64,000 nucleotides of DNA from a virus (lineage: Duplodnaviria; Caudoviricetes): positions 236-64,235 of the IMG/VR virus record IMGVR_UViG_3300042988_000456; one strand, written 5' to 3'. Shown piece after piece: positions 37,525 through 48,225 of the stretch. The position numbers and the translations under genes were made by a program. The notes beneath the pieces were generated by a model that saw only the letters and a list, made by a program, of their open reading frames with translations, searched no databases and had not been told where the DNA came from. Position 1 is the stretch's first letter. Each line of letters starts with the position of its first letter.

Positions 37525-39614
37525 GCTCTGCGTCCATCGGGACGGATGTCAATCCGGGGGGAGCCAAGTTGCCACTGCGTTCCCAATGTGTCGCAGACAA
37601 TCTTGATGGACATCTGTCTGCCGCGAATCCGAATGTAAACCTGACCGGTGTACTGATCAATGGTGACAGGTACGGAGCCTGTCACAACTGCGCTGGCATT
37701 GGAATTCGGCCCAGCCACCGAGGCTGGACTGGTGTACCCAGAACCGGAATTGACCAATGGCTGCAAGTACATGGTCAAAGACGGTGATGTGCCGGTGGTG
37801 GAGTTGCGGAAAGTAAGGTCTGGCAGAACCCTGTATATAAAGGAAAACCTATCCCCATCCCCAATGTCAAATTGCGAGGATGTGATGGTCGATGTAATAG
37901 CAGCCGGATCGGCTCCGCTGTTGTCATCGACTCCGTTCTCATGGTAGACGATGTTGTTTACATAGGTGGCTGCAATGGGGTATGAACGTATTCCACTGTC
38001 GATCCACGCAGACCGCTCCATTGTCCCGTAGTACCAAACGTTCTCCACATAGTTGAAGATGGCATAGGAGTCGATGGTGTCTGAGTCTGCGGAGCAATAG
38101 AAGAACCACACCTCATTGAAACCTTCGTTGGTGCAGGCAAAGAACTGATCGCCCTGCAGCAGGTTGATGTTGCCGTAAATGTGAGCGCGAAGATCACAGT
38201 TCAATGTACTGACACGACCATCGTACATGTAGAACTTGTCTGCACCCATCCAGTACACCACATTGGATGCGGTAGCTCTGGCATTGGGGCCAATAATGGA
38301 GATGTTGTCTGCAATCAACTGCTGACCCCACACATAGGGAGGGCCAAGGTACTGCATGTTGTACAGGGCACTGTCCGTCCAAACCAAGATTTCCTGACGG
38401 CTCTGCAAGGCAGTGACAATTTTGGAACCCTTGGACAGTCGAACACTGCCAGACTGGTTGGTGATCGATGGACTCCACTGCGTCAGGGAGTTCTGATCAG
38501 ACCAGCGAATCAGCATGGGATCAAAGGTGGTGCTGAACACATCATTGGTGCCAAAGCAAATGACAAACCGACTGATGTCAGAGATCAGGAAGCACAACTG
38601 CGACAGCGGAACCTCTGTTGCGTTTAAAGCAGTTGCAAGCGCGGTGCCAGTCGGCAAAATGGTGTGTGTGCCAGATTGGGTGCCAGTGGTGATGATTGCA
38701 GTTCCGCCTGCGGTTGCTGCCAAGCTAAATGTTGTGCCAGACACATTCTTGGCGTAATAGGTCACCCCGGGCAGCAAGCCTGTGGGCAGGGCACCGGTCG
38801 TAGATAGAACAATCCCTTGACCTTCATCCAGTGCCAAGTTGGAGCTAACCACCCCCGGTGATGCAATGGTGACGGTGAACTCAGTGGCAGTAACGCCAAC
38901 ATCATTACTCCAAAAGTAGAGAGGCCCACCCCGCTGACCATACACCAAGTCTTCGCCCCAGTTCATCTGATTCCAGATGCACAGAGAAATATCTGTAGAG
39001 CCACCGGTACCCCATGTTCCCGAACCCCATGTTCCTGCACCCCATCCAGTCAAAGGAGCAGACACCTCGTAACCCGTGTTGATTTGGTACGCAGCGTATA
39101 CAGTGCCACCGCCTGTGGCGGTGCCTGATGCGGTAGTGCTGGCTGTAATTGTGTAACTGGTGGAAGATACCAGCGTCAGTTGGTACTCGCCTGAAATGGT
39201 CAGGCCGCCAACTGCAGTGGCACCATAAAAGAACACATAGTCGCCATCCAAGAACCCGCCTGCGGGGTCTGTGACGGTAACGGTTGCAAGACCGGAGGTG
39301 GTTGCAAATGGATTGGTGAGGGTGGATGTGGTGCGAAACGGCGTGATGTCGTTGTAGTCACCGCCGCTTTCAATGTAAAACTTCTCATTGGTTCCAACGC
39401 CAAGTATGTTTAAACCATTCAGCGTCACCCAGTTCCATAAAGAGCGACAAACCCCTGCATACGTTGAGTTTGAGATGCGAGTCCATCCGCCAATCTTCTC
39501 CGGCGTTCCTTGGCGGAACCGAACCTTGTCGGATTCGTACCAGCCACCTTCGTTGGTGTATCGGGTGTTCTCCCTGTTTACACCACTTTTCAGGGTTATT
39601 TTTTGCAAAGGCAT
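37521..39614 (-). CDS. Tail nozzle / DNA-stabilisation protein (P22 gp10 / T7 gp12-like role)
   Basis: 697 aa, beta-rich; VRFRQG.PEKIGGW, IRWSDQ, FNEVWFFY; synteny. Confidence 0.7.
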   Translation of the reverse strand: MPLQKITLKSGVNRENTRYTNEGGWYESDKVRFRQGTPEKIGGWTRISNSTYAGVCRSLWNWVTLNGLNILGVGTNEKFYIESGGDYNDITPFRTTSTLTNPFATTSGLATVTVTDPAGGFLDGDYVFFYGATAVGGLTISGEYQLTLVSSTSYTITASTTASGTATGGGTVYAAYQINTGYEVSAPLTGWGAGTWGSGTWGTGGSTDISLCIWNQMNWGEDLVYGQRGGPLYFWSNDVGVTATEFTVTIASPGVVSSNLALDEGQGIVLSTTGALPTGLLPGVTYYAKNVSGTTFSLAATAGGTAIITTGTQSGTHTILPTGTALATALNATEVPLSQLCFLISDISRFVICFGTNDVFSTTFDPMLIRWSDQNSLTQWSPSITNQSGSVRLSKGSKIVTALQSRQEILVWTDSALYNMQYLGPPYVWGQQLIADNISIIGPNARATASNVVYWMGADKFYMYDGRVSTLNCDLRAHIYGNINLLQGDQFFACTNEGFNEVWFFYCSADSDTIDSYAIFNYVENVWYYGTMERSAWIDSGIRSYPIAATYVNNIVYHENGVDDNSGADPAAITSTITSSQFDIGDGDRFSFIYRVLPDLTFRNSTTGTSPSLTMYLQPLVNSGSGYTSPASVAGPNSNASAVVTGSVPVTIDQYTGQVYIRIRGRQMSIKIVCDTLGTQWQLGSPRIDIRPDGRRA

Positions 39615-39623
39615 TGCGCGTCC

Positions 39624-40145
39624 TTACTTTGCCGGGGCGCTGTTTGCCAGCAAATGAGTTTTGTCTTGAGAGTTCTTGGTAGTCCCAAACCAGAAGTTGC
39701 AGGCTGCAGCCCAAGCTGTACTCAGGGCACCCAACATGATCATCAGGGGTGCAGACTCCTTCACTTCCGGGTATTTAAACATGGCTGTGAGGATGCCAAA
39801 GAACCCCAGTGTGATGATGAATGTCAGAGTTGCAGGTACATAGGAGCCGGTGGCCTTGAGCATGTCACGCGCACCAGCGCGGTCTGCTGCATGAACCTTC
39901 TCCAGATCAATGTCGTTTTCCTTCAGGAACTTTTGGAACTCAATCTCAGCCAGCTTGATTTGGGCAATCTGGTCGGGATTCAGCTTGGTGCCGTTTAAAG
40001 CCTCCGTAACGGCGGCAACCGTCTTTTCTTCGATGCCCAGCTTTCCAGCAATGAAGGAGGCAGCAGCACCACCCAAAGGACCAGCAATAGCAGTACCCAG
40101 AACGGGAGCAATACCGCGAAGCAAATTCTTCCAATCATCCATCAT
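39624..40145 (-). CDS. Holin-like membrane protein
   Basis: Hydrophobic C-terminal helices ending NFWFG; adjacent to the candidate endolysin. Confidence 0.6.
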   Translation of the reverse strand: MMDDWKNLLRGIAPVLGTAIAGPLGGAAASFIAGKLGIEEKTVAAVTEALNGTKLNPDQIAQIKLAEIEFQKFLKENDIDLEKVHAADRAGARDMLKATGSYVPATLTFIITLGFFGILTAMFKYPEVKESAPLMIMLGALSTAWAAACNFWFGTTKNSQDKTHLLANSAPAK

Positions 40146-40549
40146 GCCTCCCTAACTTCGATCCAGACTTCCCCGCCATCGCTGATGGCATCCCTAATTT
40201 TGTGAAAGAGGGCGTCATAGGCCAGTCTTGAAGCTCCGATGGAGCTTCCTCCTTGACTGAGTCCAACGAGGATGCATCCATGTGTGTCTTTGGCGGTATT
40301 GCCCGGATGGATACGGACACCTGAAAACCCCGGGACATCCAGTAGCAATGGCATATCAACGCCGAAGCGATTGCTGCGATTGACAATAACCCGATACTTG
40401 CCAGCAGGTATAGCAGTTTCTCCATAGATTTTCACTCCATCTGGACGAACCACATCCTCCAGCGTGTAGCACTCTTCCACGCCGTCCACATACATTTTGC
40501 CGATGGTGCAGTCACCACCGCACATCACCCGAATAACTTCAATCAGCAT
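40142..40549 (-). CDS. DUF5675-family protein, candidate endolysin
   Basis: TIG...CYTLED...TAIPAGKY...VPGFSGVRIHPGNT..DTHGCILVG. Confidence 0.75.
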   Translation of the reverse strand: MLIEVIRVMCGGDCTIGKMYVDGVEECYTLEDVVRPDGVKIYGETAIPAGKYRVIVNRSNRFGVDMPLLLDVPGFSGVRIHPGNTAKDTHGCILVGLSQGGSSIGASRLAYDALFHKIRDAISDGGEVWIEVREA

Positions 40550-40627
40550 CGTGATCTCCAAAGATGTACCAGAGCAGCCATATCAGTGTAAACACTACAT
40601 ACACCAACAGGGCTGCAAGTGCCAAAG

Positions 40628-41059
40628 TCACTTGTCAGCCTTTGTAGCCAATGCCTGATGCATGGTGTTGGCAAGATGCCGTATCTCAGAGAGCGTCTCC
40701 AGATGTCTGTCTTCGCTGCGCTGAGACTGTGCCTCAATCTTGTCAAAAATTTTGGCAATGTGGCCCCGCTGTACGCCCATCTCTGCCATCAGCTTAGTGT
40801 CTTCTGCGATTACAAACATGCGAACCTCTTTCACCTGAGCGTCGATGTGATCCATCACACGATCATTTAACACGGAGTACCCATCGCTGGTGTGCTGACG
40901 AATGGCTGCAGCCTTGTCTGCGAGTTCTTTGTTGGCGGCGCGGAGTCGTTCATGTTCTTTCTCATTTTGGTTCCATGCCCATGCGACAAGACCGAGTAGG
41001 GGAGCGGACAACCATCCAACAACATCCTTAATTACATCCAATGCTTCATTGGTCATCAA
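40628..41059 (-). CDS. Membrane-anchored coiled-coil protein (lysis region)
   Basis: N-terminal hydrophobic segment followed by coiled coil. Confidence 0.55.
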   Translation of the reverse strand: MMTNEALDVIKDVVGWLSAPLLGLVAWAWNQNEKEHERLRAANKELADKAAAIRQHTSDGYSVLNDRVMDHIDAQVKEVRMFVIAEDTKLMAEMGVQRGHIAKIFDKIEAQSQRSEDRHLETLSEIRHLANTMHQALATKADK

Positions 41060-41065
41060 CAGTCC

Positions 41066-41248
41066 TTATTTCTCAGATAGGGGTTGGGTGGTGACAAAGC
41101 GCAGCACGGTGACAACCACGGAGATGCCAAGGCCGACATACATCTGCTGCACTGGAGCAAGCGGTAGCAGTCCGACATAGCCTTGCAGCACTGACAAGCA
41201 GGCCAGCAAGAGTGCAAACCACAAGGTTTTGGATTTGACGTAGTTCAT
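41066..41248 (-). CDS. Small two-helix holin-like protein
   Basis: MNYVKSKTLWF...LRFVTTQPL; TAATG overlap with the fibre gene. Confidence 0.6.
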   Translation of the reverse strand: MNYVKSKTLWFALLLACLSVLQGYVGLLPLAPVQQMYVGLGISVVVTVLRFVTTQPLSEK

Positions 41249-44025
41249 TAGATCACCCGATAAGAGAATGTAAACGTGTAAACGGTGGACGCTGTACGAG
41301 TGGTTACCCAACGAACCTGTGCGCGATCATTCACGGTATCTCCATTGATTGACACAGGGTTGTCGCTGACAAAAGCTGTAGCCACCGCAGTGCCTCCGCA
41401 CTGCCCTAACGAAGAAAAGTTGGAAGCAATGGGGAGAGACATTCCAAACTCCGTGTTGCCAGCAGCAGTGGGATCAGCAGTAAATGAACCACTGACTGTG
41501 ACGGTGTCGCCAACCCGCATGTAGTGGCAAGCTGCGGGGGTGGCTGAGTCAAGATTGGTGACAATGGTCAAAGAAGGTGTGTAGGTGCCAGAGAACACGT
41601 TGCCGTCACCAGCAGCAGGCGCAGTGACTGCGGTGCGAACAATCGACAGACCGCTGGTGCCTTGGAGTGATACCAGTCCATCAGCAGCAATGCGGAAGCG
41701 TTCTACCGGAGTTACTGACGCTGCGGGTGTGGTATTAAATGACAGGCGTGTCGGCATGTCGCCTGCGGCAGCCACACCGGACACTGACGCAATAATGGTC
41801 GCACCAAGTTTAAATGCGGGTACTGTTACTCCAGAGCCGTCATCACCAGCAAAAACAATGGCACCAAGTTCATCTCCATTTGAGACCAGTCCTGATGTAT
41901 TCGCAGACGCTCCGCGACTCTTATTAAACGTAAATTGCGAACCGGAACTGCTTGCGCTCCAAATGTAAGAACCATAGGAAGCGCCGCTCAAGTTGGTGCC
42001 GTGCTTTTGCAACGCAGGTGTTGCACCACCTCCAGAATACGAAACGGTGGTAACTGTTGCGGTATACCCAGAAATTACAGCCCCGCTGGGGTCAACCACA
42101 AAAGGAGTGGCATCTGGATTTGCAGAATCCTCGACAACCAAACTGTTACCGGTGCCTGTGTTTGTGATGCGTAGCGTGTCTCCGGTAGAGGCCGAAGCAA
42201 TGGTTGTCTCGCCGCCAAAGTAGTTGGCGGCAGTGCCCCCTGCATAGAAGTTCCAGCGTCCAGTTCCAGAAGCAATGTTCCCGTAGAAGCCATAGTTGTT
42301 AGTGGCTCCGGTCAGAGTGGAACTGGCATGGAAACCGTATTGGGTCGTTACTGCTCCGGTGTATGTGCCCTGAGCTGCATGGTAGTGACTCAAGCCAGCC
42401 AAAGTGCCTGCGGAAATGCTTGGGTCAGAGTAAAACTGGTAGGCTGCGGTGGTTGCGGCAGTTGGATCAATGGTGCCAACTGACCTAGCAGCAAACGTGA
42501 ATCCACCACTTGCGGTGTATGTACCAGCAAGTCTTAAACGCTCCGCGCCAGTTGTGGAACTACCAATACCAACATTGCCAGAACTATCAATCCGCATCCG
42601 CTCAGTCGGTGTGCTAACAGAGCCAGACGGGGCTGTACGGAATGACAGCCGTCCGCCAATAATCCCGCTGCTGGCGGTTGGTGAAACATCTACCTCGCCA
42701 GTAATCTGTGCGGCACTGACAAAGTTTGATCCATCGTCGCCGTCGAAAATAATGCTACCAAGGTCATCGTCTGCAAGCACAACGCTGCGGGTATTGACAG
42801 ATGCCCCGCGAGACTTCGCCAAGCTGACCCCGCCAGCGCCTGCACCACTTGTCCACCGTGACACCCCCATAAAAGCTGCGCTGGTGGTGCTATTTACCTG
42901 AAGTGATGGGGTGATGGATTGACCGTAAGTAATGGCGGCCTGATCTGTTCCAACAATAACCCTGCCACTTGCATCAATCACAAAAGGTGTGCTATCTGTG
43001 CTGGCGGAATCCTCCACCAATAAAGAGTTTCCAGTGCCTGTGTTGGTGATTTTCAGCGTTGCACCTGTTGATGCGGAAGTGATGGAAGTCTCGCCGCCAA
43101 AATAGTTGGCTGCAGTGCCCAAAGAACGGACGCCGTACTTGTTGGCTCCTGCGGTCACATTGAGATAGACCCCGGCAACGGCAGCAACGCCTGCGCTTTC
43201 GTTAAACGCAAATCCTGTCTCATTTGAAAGAGCAACTCCACCGCTGGAAAGTTGAGCATTGAAGTGCGTAAGGTTGGCTACAGAAGCCGAGAGGGATGGC
43301 TGGCTGTCAAAAATTTTGGCGGTGCCAACACCAGTCCCAAAAGATGAGTTGTTCACAAGCCCATATGACGTTCCGCTGGTATTGGAGCCGGTGATCTGCA
43401 AAGCAGCATTGGTGCCTGTATTGGTAATAAGCAGTGCTGGGTTGGAACTATTTGCAGCCAGTGAAACTGCACCGTTAATTGCATGCACATCTGCACTGCC
43501 GGAGTCTCCCAAGGTGGTGCTGCCTGTGGCAGTCAAAGAGACGGTTTGAATAGACGGCGCACCAGTGATGGTGACGCCGCTCATTGTTCCGCCAGTAATG
43601 GCAACATTGGCAGGATCGTAGACGCCGGAAGAGACAACCACAAAGTCTGATCCGTTCCATGCCACCACAGCCTCTGCACCATTGGGTATGGTGACGCCTG
43701 TTGTGGGGCCGGTGCCTACGACTTTGACTGCATAGCCGCCAGTCGTATTGTTGATAACAATGTAAGCTTTGCTCTGGGCTGGGGCTGTGATCGTCTTGAT
43801 GCTGGTGCGAGCGCCCGTGCAGAGCAATATGGCCTGACGGGCTGTATTGGTAGCACCAGATGTGGTGGTCAATGTCACATCTGCGTCCGTGGACAAGGTA
43901 GTTGTTCCTGCAACCGCAGAATCCAGAAGCTGCGTGATGGAGGTGTTGACGGTGTTTCCCCATGTTCCAGAGAGTTCACCTTGCACCGGGAGTGCCAAGC
44001 CTAGCAATGTAGTGTATGTTGTCAT
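41248..44025 (-). CDS. Tail fibre protein
   Basis: N-terminal GELSGTWG anchor; Thr/Gly/Ser-rich; ERMRIDSSGNVGIG repeat; internal duplication. Confidence 0.8.
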   Translation of the reverse strand: MTTYTTLLGLALPVQGELSGTWGNTVNTSITQLLDSAVAGTTTLSTDADVTLTTTSGATNTARQAILLCTGARTSIKTITAPAQSKAYIVINNTTGGYAVKVVGTGPTTGVTIPNGAEAVVAWNGSDFVVVSSGVYDPANVAITGGTMSGVTITGAPSIQTVSLTATGSTTLGDSGSADVHAINGAVSLAANSSNPALLITNTGTNAALQITGSNTSGTSYGLVNNSSFGTGVGTAKIFDSQPSLSASVANLTHFNAQLSSGGVALSNETGFAFNESAGVAAVAGVYLNVTAGANKYGVRSLGTAANYFGGETSITSASTGATLKITNTGTGNSLLVEDSASTDSTPFVIDASGRVIVGTDQAAITYGQSITPSLQVNSTTSAAFMGVSRWTSGAGAGGVSLAKSRGASVNTRSVVLADDDLGSIIFDGDDGSNFVSAAQITGEVDVSPTASSGIIGGRLSFRTAPSGSVSTPTERMRIDSSGNVGIGSSTTGAERLRLAGTYTASGGFTFAARSVGTIDPTAATTAAYQFYSDPSISAGTLAGLSHYHAAQGTYTGAVTTQYGFHASSTLTGATNNYGFYGNIASGTGRWNFYAGGTAANYFGGETTIASASTGDTLRITNTGTGNSLVVEDSANPDATPFVVDPSGAVISGYTATVTTVSYSGGGATPALQKHGTNLSGASYGSYIWSASSSGSQFTFNKSRGASANTSGLVSNGDELGAIVFAGDDGSGVTVPAFKLGATIIASVSGVAAAGDMPTRLSFNTTPAASVTPVERFRIAADGLVSLQGTSGLSIVRTAVTAPAAGDGNVFSGTYTPSLTIVTNLDSATPAACHYMRVGDTVTVSGSFTADPTAAGNTEFGMSLPIASNFSSLGQCGGTAVATAFVSDNPVSINGDTVNDRAQVRWVTTRTASTVYTFTFSYRVI

Positions 44026-44034
44026 TGACAATCC

Positions 44035-44661
44035 TTACGATGTTGATGTATTTTGCCAGCCGGGGGTTTGAGCGTCAACGACAGCAACCCAGCCTGAACT
44101 GTCTGTATTATCGGTGGGAGTCCAGCCGGAAGCTTGTGTATTTGTCACTGGAGTCCATGTCTCATCTCCAGACGGAGCATTGTTATTCCACCCTGCCGTC
44201 TGCTCATCATCAATCAACTCCCACTGCCGTGGGTAGATGTTGGCATCACCGCCGACTATGCCGTAACTTCCAGCCAGTGCCTGAATGCTCCAAGAGCGTG
44301 ACAAAGATGCATCTTGCCCTGCAATCGTGTAAACGCCAGCAGCGGCTGACAAAACTTTGCCAACCAAAACACTGGCAGAACCTCCGGTGACGGAGTACGA
44401 CCCCGCAACTGCGGAAATCTGTTTGCTGCGTAGGAGAGTTGCTGTGCCGCCTGTGGTGGCGTAGGAGCCAGCATCTGCGGAGATGCGCTTGCTGCGTAAC
44501 AGGTTTGCTGCGCCACCTGTTGTAGCGTAAGAACCTGCTGCTGCCGACACAAACTTGCTGCGCAGGAGCGTAGCATCACCGCCCGTAACGCTGTACGAAC
44601 CTGCGTCGGCAGAGATGGCATATGCCCCACCGCCGCCTGTGAGCGCGAGCAGCAGGGACAT
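44035..44661 (-). CDS. Repeat-rich structural protein
   Basis: About five SAxAGSYxxTGGxAxLL repeats and WT-x repeats at the C-terminus. Confidence 0.6.
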   Translation of the reverse strand: MSLLLALTGGGGAYAISADAGSYSVTGGDATLLRSKFVSAAAGSYATTGGAANLLRSKRISADAGSYATTGGTATLLRSKQISAVAGSYSVTGGSASVLVGKVLSAAAGVYTIAGQDASLSRSWSIQALAGSYGIVGGDANIYPRQWELIDDEQTAGWNNNAPSGDETWTPVTNTQASGWTPTDNTDSSGWVAVVDAQTPGWQNTSTS

Positions 44662-44798
44662 GGATTACCCTACAAATACGGCGATAGCGCCTTCTTTGCG
44701 GTAGCCATACCCCTCAAACTGCCTGATCTCTCCATCAACCCAAGTTGCATCATCAACTTCAGTTCCGCCCATTGGGCCACCAGACAATATGGTCATGT

Positions 44799-46241
44799 TC
44801 ACTCCCAGTATGCGTTTATACCAACCATGCCGCGAATCACCTGAGACGCTGTGGCGGTGCCGACAGGCATCTTCAAGATGATGTGCAAGTATGTTCCCGG
44901 CTCCACCGTAATCGGGGCATCAAGATTTACATCCACGCGACTGGCTTGCGCACCAATGGCGGCACCCACTGCAAAACTCTGAATGCCGAGTGCCAAGCGT
45001 CGAGGAGCGCGAGCCGCAGCAGCCTCAGTAGTTGCCAGCGACACCGCAGTCGATCCAGCCCCAAGCGCCCACTCCAGAACTGTTGCTGTTGTGGCAACTG
45101 CCGCTCCAGTGTTAATAGTTTCAATCCAGACGCCGCGCACAATCAAGTTGCGTCCGGTGATGGAGGTGGTTTGTGCCAGATTCAAATACCCAAACAGGGC
45201 GTAGTCAGTTTCAGCACCAGCCACCGCAGCGAACTGGAAGCGACCACCTAGGGTTGCATAACCAGCGGCAGTGTTGGACAAAGTCGCAGATGTTGCGGCG
45301 GCGCTGTTAGCAAAGTTGGCTGTTTGGCCTTGGGTGTAACCAGACGGGCCTTGAATGCCTGACAAGCCTTGGCCTGTCTTGTTGGTTGCCCAAAGACGGA
45401 CATTGTCCATGTCGGCAACGCCAATGGTGTAGTTGGCAAACTTGCCCTGCATCACGGATGATGTTACCCCGGTGTGATGGTGGCGAATGGCAAACGGGCA
45501 TGAACCCCCATAAAACACGGAGCCTGTGTTGTTTGGCTTGGGAAGTTCTCCGTACAGCACATCGTCAATCCAAAACTCAACCTCAGAGTCGCTGATAGAC
45601 AAGTTGAACTTGTAAACTCTATTGGTGGATGGTGTAAACGTAAATGCAGAAGTAGTTGTTTCTGTTCCGTTATTGTTCAAAACACCCAGCACCCCAGAAG
45701 AGTTGACACGGAAATACACGCCGTCCAACGGCAGAGATGTGGAGGCAGCGGCTGGCAAGAAGAGACCAAAATCCAGATTCAAGTTGGTTGGTATTGCGGC
45801 AGACAATGCCATTGCCACCTCGCAGTAAACGCCACCACCGCCCTGCAACGGGAAGGAGCGATAAGTCTGAATCTGGCAACCTGTAGCTGTGGTTGTAGCA
45901 GAGGCTCCATTGGTATTCAGGAAGCCGCCTGCCCAAGTCATTGTCAGCGTATTGCTGGTGTACTTATGCTTGCTGGAGTTCTGTGCGGTGTAGTTAAAGT
46001 TGTCATCATCCCAGACAGAGTCAACGCCGACACGCATCCGGTAGTCCGAGGAAATCTCCGGGGACTTGATGTATGGTGTGCCAGTGATAGAGCCGGGGTC
46101 ATTCTCACCAAACAGCAGAACTGCACCCACATTGGCGGGGTTTGCAGCAGCATTTGTCTCAGGAATGATCTTGAGTTGATTCGATGCGTTTACCTCTACG
46201 ACATTGCCAGAGGTGTTGCCTTCAATGCGAAATCCTGCCAT
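44799..46241 (-). CDS. Putative tail/receptor-binding protein with lectin-like beta domain
   Basis: Beta-rich; DGVYFR...VEFWIDD segment; position in the tail cluster. Confidence 0.55.
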   Translation of the reverse strand: MAGFRIEGNTSGNVVEVNASNQLKIIPETNAAANPANVGAVLLFGENDPGSITGTPYIKSPEISSDYRMRVGVDSVWDDDNFNYTAQNSSKHKYTSNTLTMTWAGGFLNTNGASATTTATGCQIQTYRSFPLQGGGGVYCEVAMALSAAIPTNLNLDFGLFLPAAASTSLPLDGVYFRVNSSGVLGVLNNNGTETTTSAFTFTPSTNRVYKFNLSISDSEVEFWIDDVLYGELPKPNNTGSVFYGGSCPFAIRHHHTGVTSSVMQGKFANYTIGVADMDNVRLWATNKTGQGLSGIQGPSGYTQGQTANFANSAAATSATLSNTAAGYATLGGRFQFAAVAGAETDYALFGYLNLAQTTSITGRNLIVRGVWIETINTGAAVATTATVLEWALGAGSTAVSLATTEAAAARAPRRLALGIQSFAVGAAIGAQASRVDVNLDAPITVEPGTYLHIILKMPVGTATASQVIRGMVGINAYWE

Positions 46242-46250
46242 GACTTACTC

Positions 46251-46544
46251 CTAGTCTGCCCAAACGTAACGGGCGGTAAATGTTCCTGTCAGTCGCAAGT
46301 TGCTCATGGCTTGCGCTGTAAACCCAACTCCTGCTGTCACCGAGATGACCTGTAACGACAGACCTCCCAGCGGCAGCATCTGATGCTCAACTGCGTTGTG
46401 CGATACGGTGGTATCGGTGCCCATCAGGTAGACCTCAACCTTGGATGTCCCGCTGATCGTAGCCGCAGAGACGGCAGTCGTTACCACATTGGTTCCGGGT
46501 GCGGAACCAAAGTCAAGCGTAACGGTGCCTTGTCCTGTTGCCAT
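46251..46544 (-). CDS. Small virion structural protein
   Basis: Coupled ORF in the tail cluster. Confidence 0.55.
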   Translation of the reverse strand: MATGQGTVTLDFGSAPGTNVVTTAVSAATISGTSKVEVYLMGTDTTVSHNAVEHQMLPLGGLSLQVISVTAGVGFTAQAMSNLRLTGTFTARYVWAD

Positions 46545-46547
46545 TTA

Positions 46548-46943
46548 TCAGGTCGCTGTAAACACTGCGCCGGGGAATGTCACTGTCACCGTCTCGCCAG
46601 ACGCCACCGTCTGCGAGGAGCCGTAATCCCAGTACGCCACATTGGTTCCAGATGTGGAATCAGTCAGCACTGCGTACCGGAAAGAGAACCCTGCACCCGT
46701 AGCATTCCACACTGCGGGGTTGCTCAGTGTCAGAGTGTAGGTTCCGCCAGATTGAGTCGGGGTAGAGTTGACGCCAGCGGAGTTACCACCCGTGCTGTAG
46801 CCGTTGCCGTTGGCAACTTCAGTGATCGTTCCAAGCGTTGCGTCTACTGCGGTAGCCAGCTTGATCACCCATGAGTCTGTTCCAGCGTTGACGCCTTCAA
46901 GCAGTCCTTCGATACCCGTTTGGAACTTGTTGTACGTTGCCAT
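46548..46943 (-). CDS. Small virion structural protein
   Basis: EVANGNGYSTGG...FRYAVL...WDYG; paralog-like to the next gene. Confidence 0.6.
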   Translation of the reverse strand: MATYNKFQTGIEGLLEGVNAGTDSWVIKLATAVDATLGTITEVANGNGYSTGGNSAGVNSTPTQSGGTYTLTLSNPAVWNATGAGFSFRYAVLTDSTSGTNVAYWDYGSSQTVASGETVTVTFPGAVFTAT

Positions 46944-46952
46944 TTAGAACCC

Positions 46953-47366
46953 CTAGTTCGATGAGCGCAGCACTGCGCTTGAAGATGTGTTCGCCGGAAA
47001 CGTGACCGTGAACGTAAGGACGGATGTTTTGTCTGCGCCGAAGTCCAGCACAGCAATCGACTTGTTGCCTTTGCTGGCGTTGTAGATCAGTGCATAACGG
47101 GCTGTGAGCGCAGCATTCCAAGAAACATCTGCAAAGTCGGCATACACCGTGAACCCATCCGTACCAATGGTCGGAGTCAGAAGCTGCTGACCTCCAGCGG
47201 AGTAGCCAGAAGCAACCACCTCATCTGTGGTTGAGTACACGGTGGTGTCCTGATCCAATGACGCATTACCTGTGTACAAGGCAATGTAAATGTCATCATT
47301 CAGCAAGTCGTGAACGGCTTGCCAACATTCGGATTTAAACGATGTAGTTTGCGTTTGAATGCTCAT
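46953..47366 (-). CDS. Small virion structural protein
   Basis: IALYT...EVVASGYSAGG...ARYALIYN...AVLDFGADKT. Confidence 0.65.
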   Translation of the reverse strand: MSIQTQTTSFKSECWQAVHDLLNDDIYIALYTGNASLDQDTTVYSTTDEVVASGYSAGGQQLLTPTIGTDGFTVYADFADVSWNAALTARYALIYNASKGNKSIAVLDFGADKTSVLTFTVTFPANTSSSAVLRSSN

Positions 47367-48016
47367 GTCACTGGCGTTTTCATTTGACCGGAGCGGTAGG
47401 TGTCTTCCTTCTCCATGCCGTCACCAAGACGCTTGGCAAGCATCAAAGCTTCCTTGAACTTCGTCTCATACAACTGCTGCATGTCAGACTCACCCTTCAT
47501 AAAGGTGTAGGCTTCCACCAAGCATCCATACAGCAATACGGGGTCAAAGTTATCACCAAGCCATGTGGTGCTTGCAGTGACAATCGATTCCGGCATGAAG
47601 AAGTAGTGCAACTCTGCCTGATAAGCCAACGACGGAGTCGGGCCAAGAATGTAGGTCAACTCACTCTCGTTGTCAGAGCGAGGGCCAAACAAGGCATAGT
47701 ACTTGGGCGCACCTGTGCTGGTCGGCGTTGGATACGCCTCCCGAATGTAGTTCACATCCTTGTTCAGCAGGTAGGTATAAGCACCAGTAGTCGGATGAAT
47801 GGTAGCTAGTGAGTATGTGGCAAGGAAGTCCAACGGGCACTGCAGATACTTGTTACCCACTGTCAGGGTTCCAGTGACGCTCTTGCGGAGCGCCGCAAAC
47901 TGCACGGCGTTGTATATGCGTTTCTCAGTCTGCTGTGTAAACGTTGCAAGCTGCTCCGCAGAGAACGTGTTCTCCGTGTAGTCGCTGATGGCAGTACACA
48001 ACTCCGTGTAATTCAT
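47363..48016 (-). CDS. Head-tail adaptor / tail tubular-like protein
   Basis: MNYTEL..AI.DY.E...GPTP...LLYGCLVEAYTFMKG. Confidence 0.7.
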   Translation of the reverse strand: MNYTELCTAISDYTENTFSAEQLATFTQQTEKRIYNAVQFAALRKSVTGTLTVGNKYLQCPLDFLATYSLATIHPTTGAYTYLLNKDVNYIREAYPTPTSTGAPKYYALFGPRSDNESELTYILGPTPSLAYQAELHYFFMPESIVTASTTWLGDNFDPVLLYGCLVEAYTFMKGESDMQQLYETKFKEALMLAKRLGDGMEKEDTYRSGQMKTPVT

Positions 48017-48024
48017 GGATCACC

Positions 48025-48225
48025 TCATGCCATTGGCCCGCGAGCCATGATGCCGCGCTTTGCAGCGCCAGTGCCACGAATCTTGATGCCGGATGTCTTG
48101 GTTTTGTATGCCTGATTTGAGCGGTCAATGTTGCCAACGCTCATGTCCTGATCGTTTAAACGTGTTGCGCCATAGGCGTTACCGTTTGCAACTTTCTTGG
48201 TTGTGTTGTAAACCTTGGTGACCAT
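48025..48225 (-). CDS. Small basic virion-associated protein
   Basis: GIKIRGTGAAKRG motif. Confidence 0.6.
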   Translation of the reverse strand: MVTKVYNTTKKVANGNAYGATRLNDQDMSVGNIDRSNQAYKTKTSGIKIRGTGAAKRGIMARGPMA

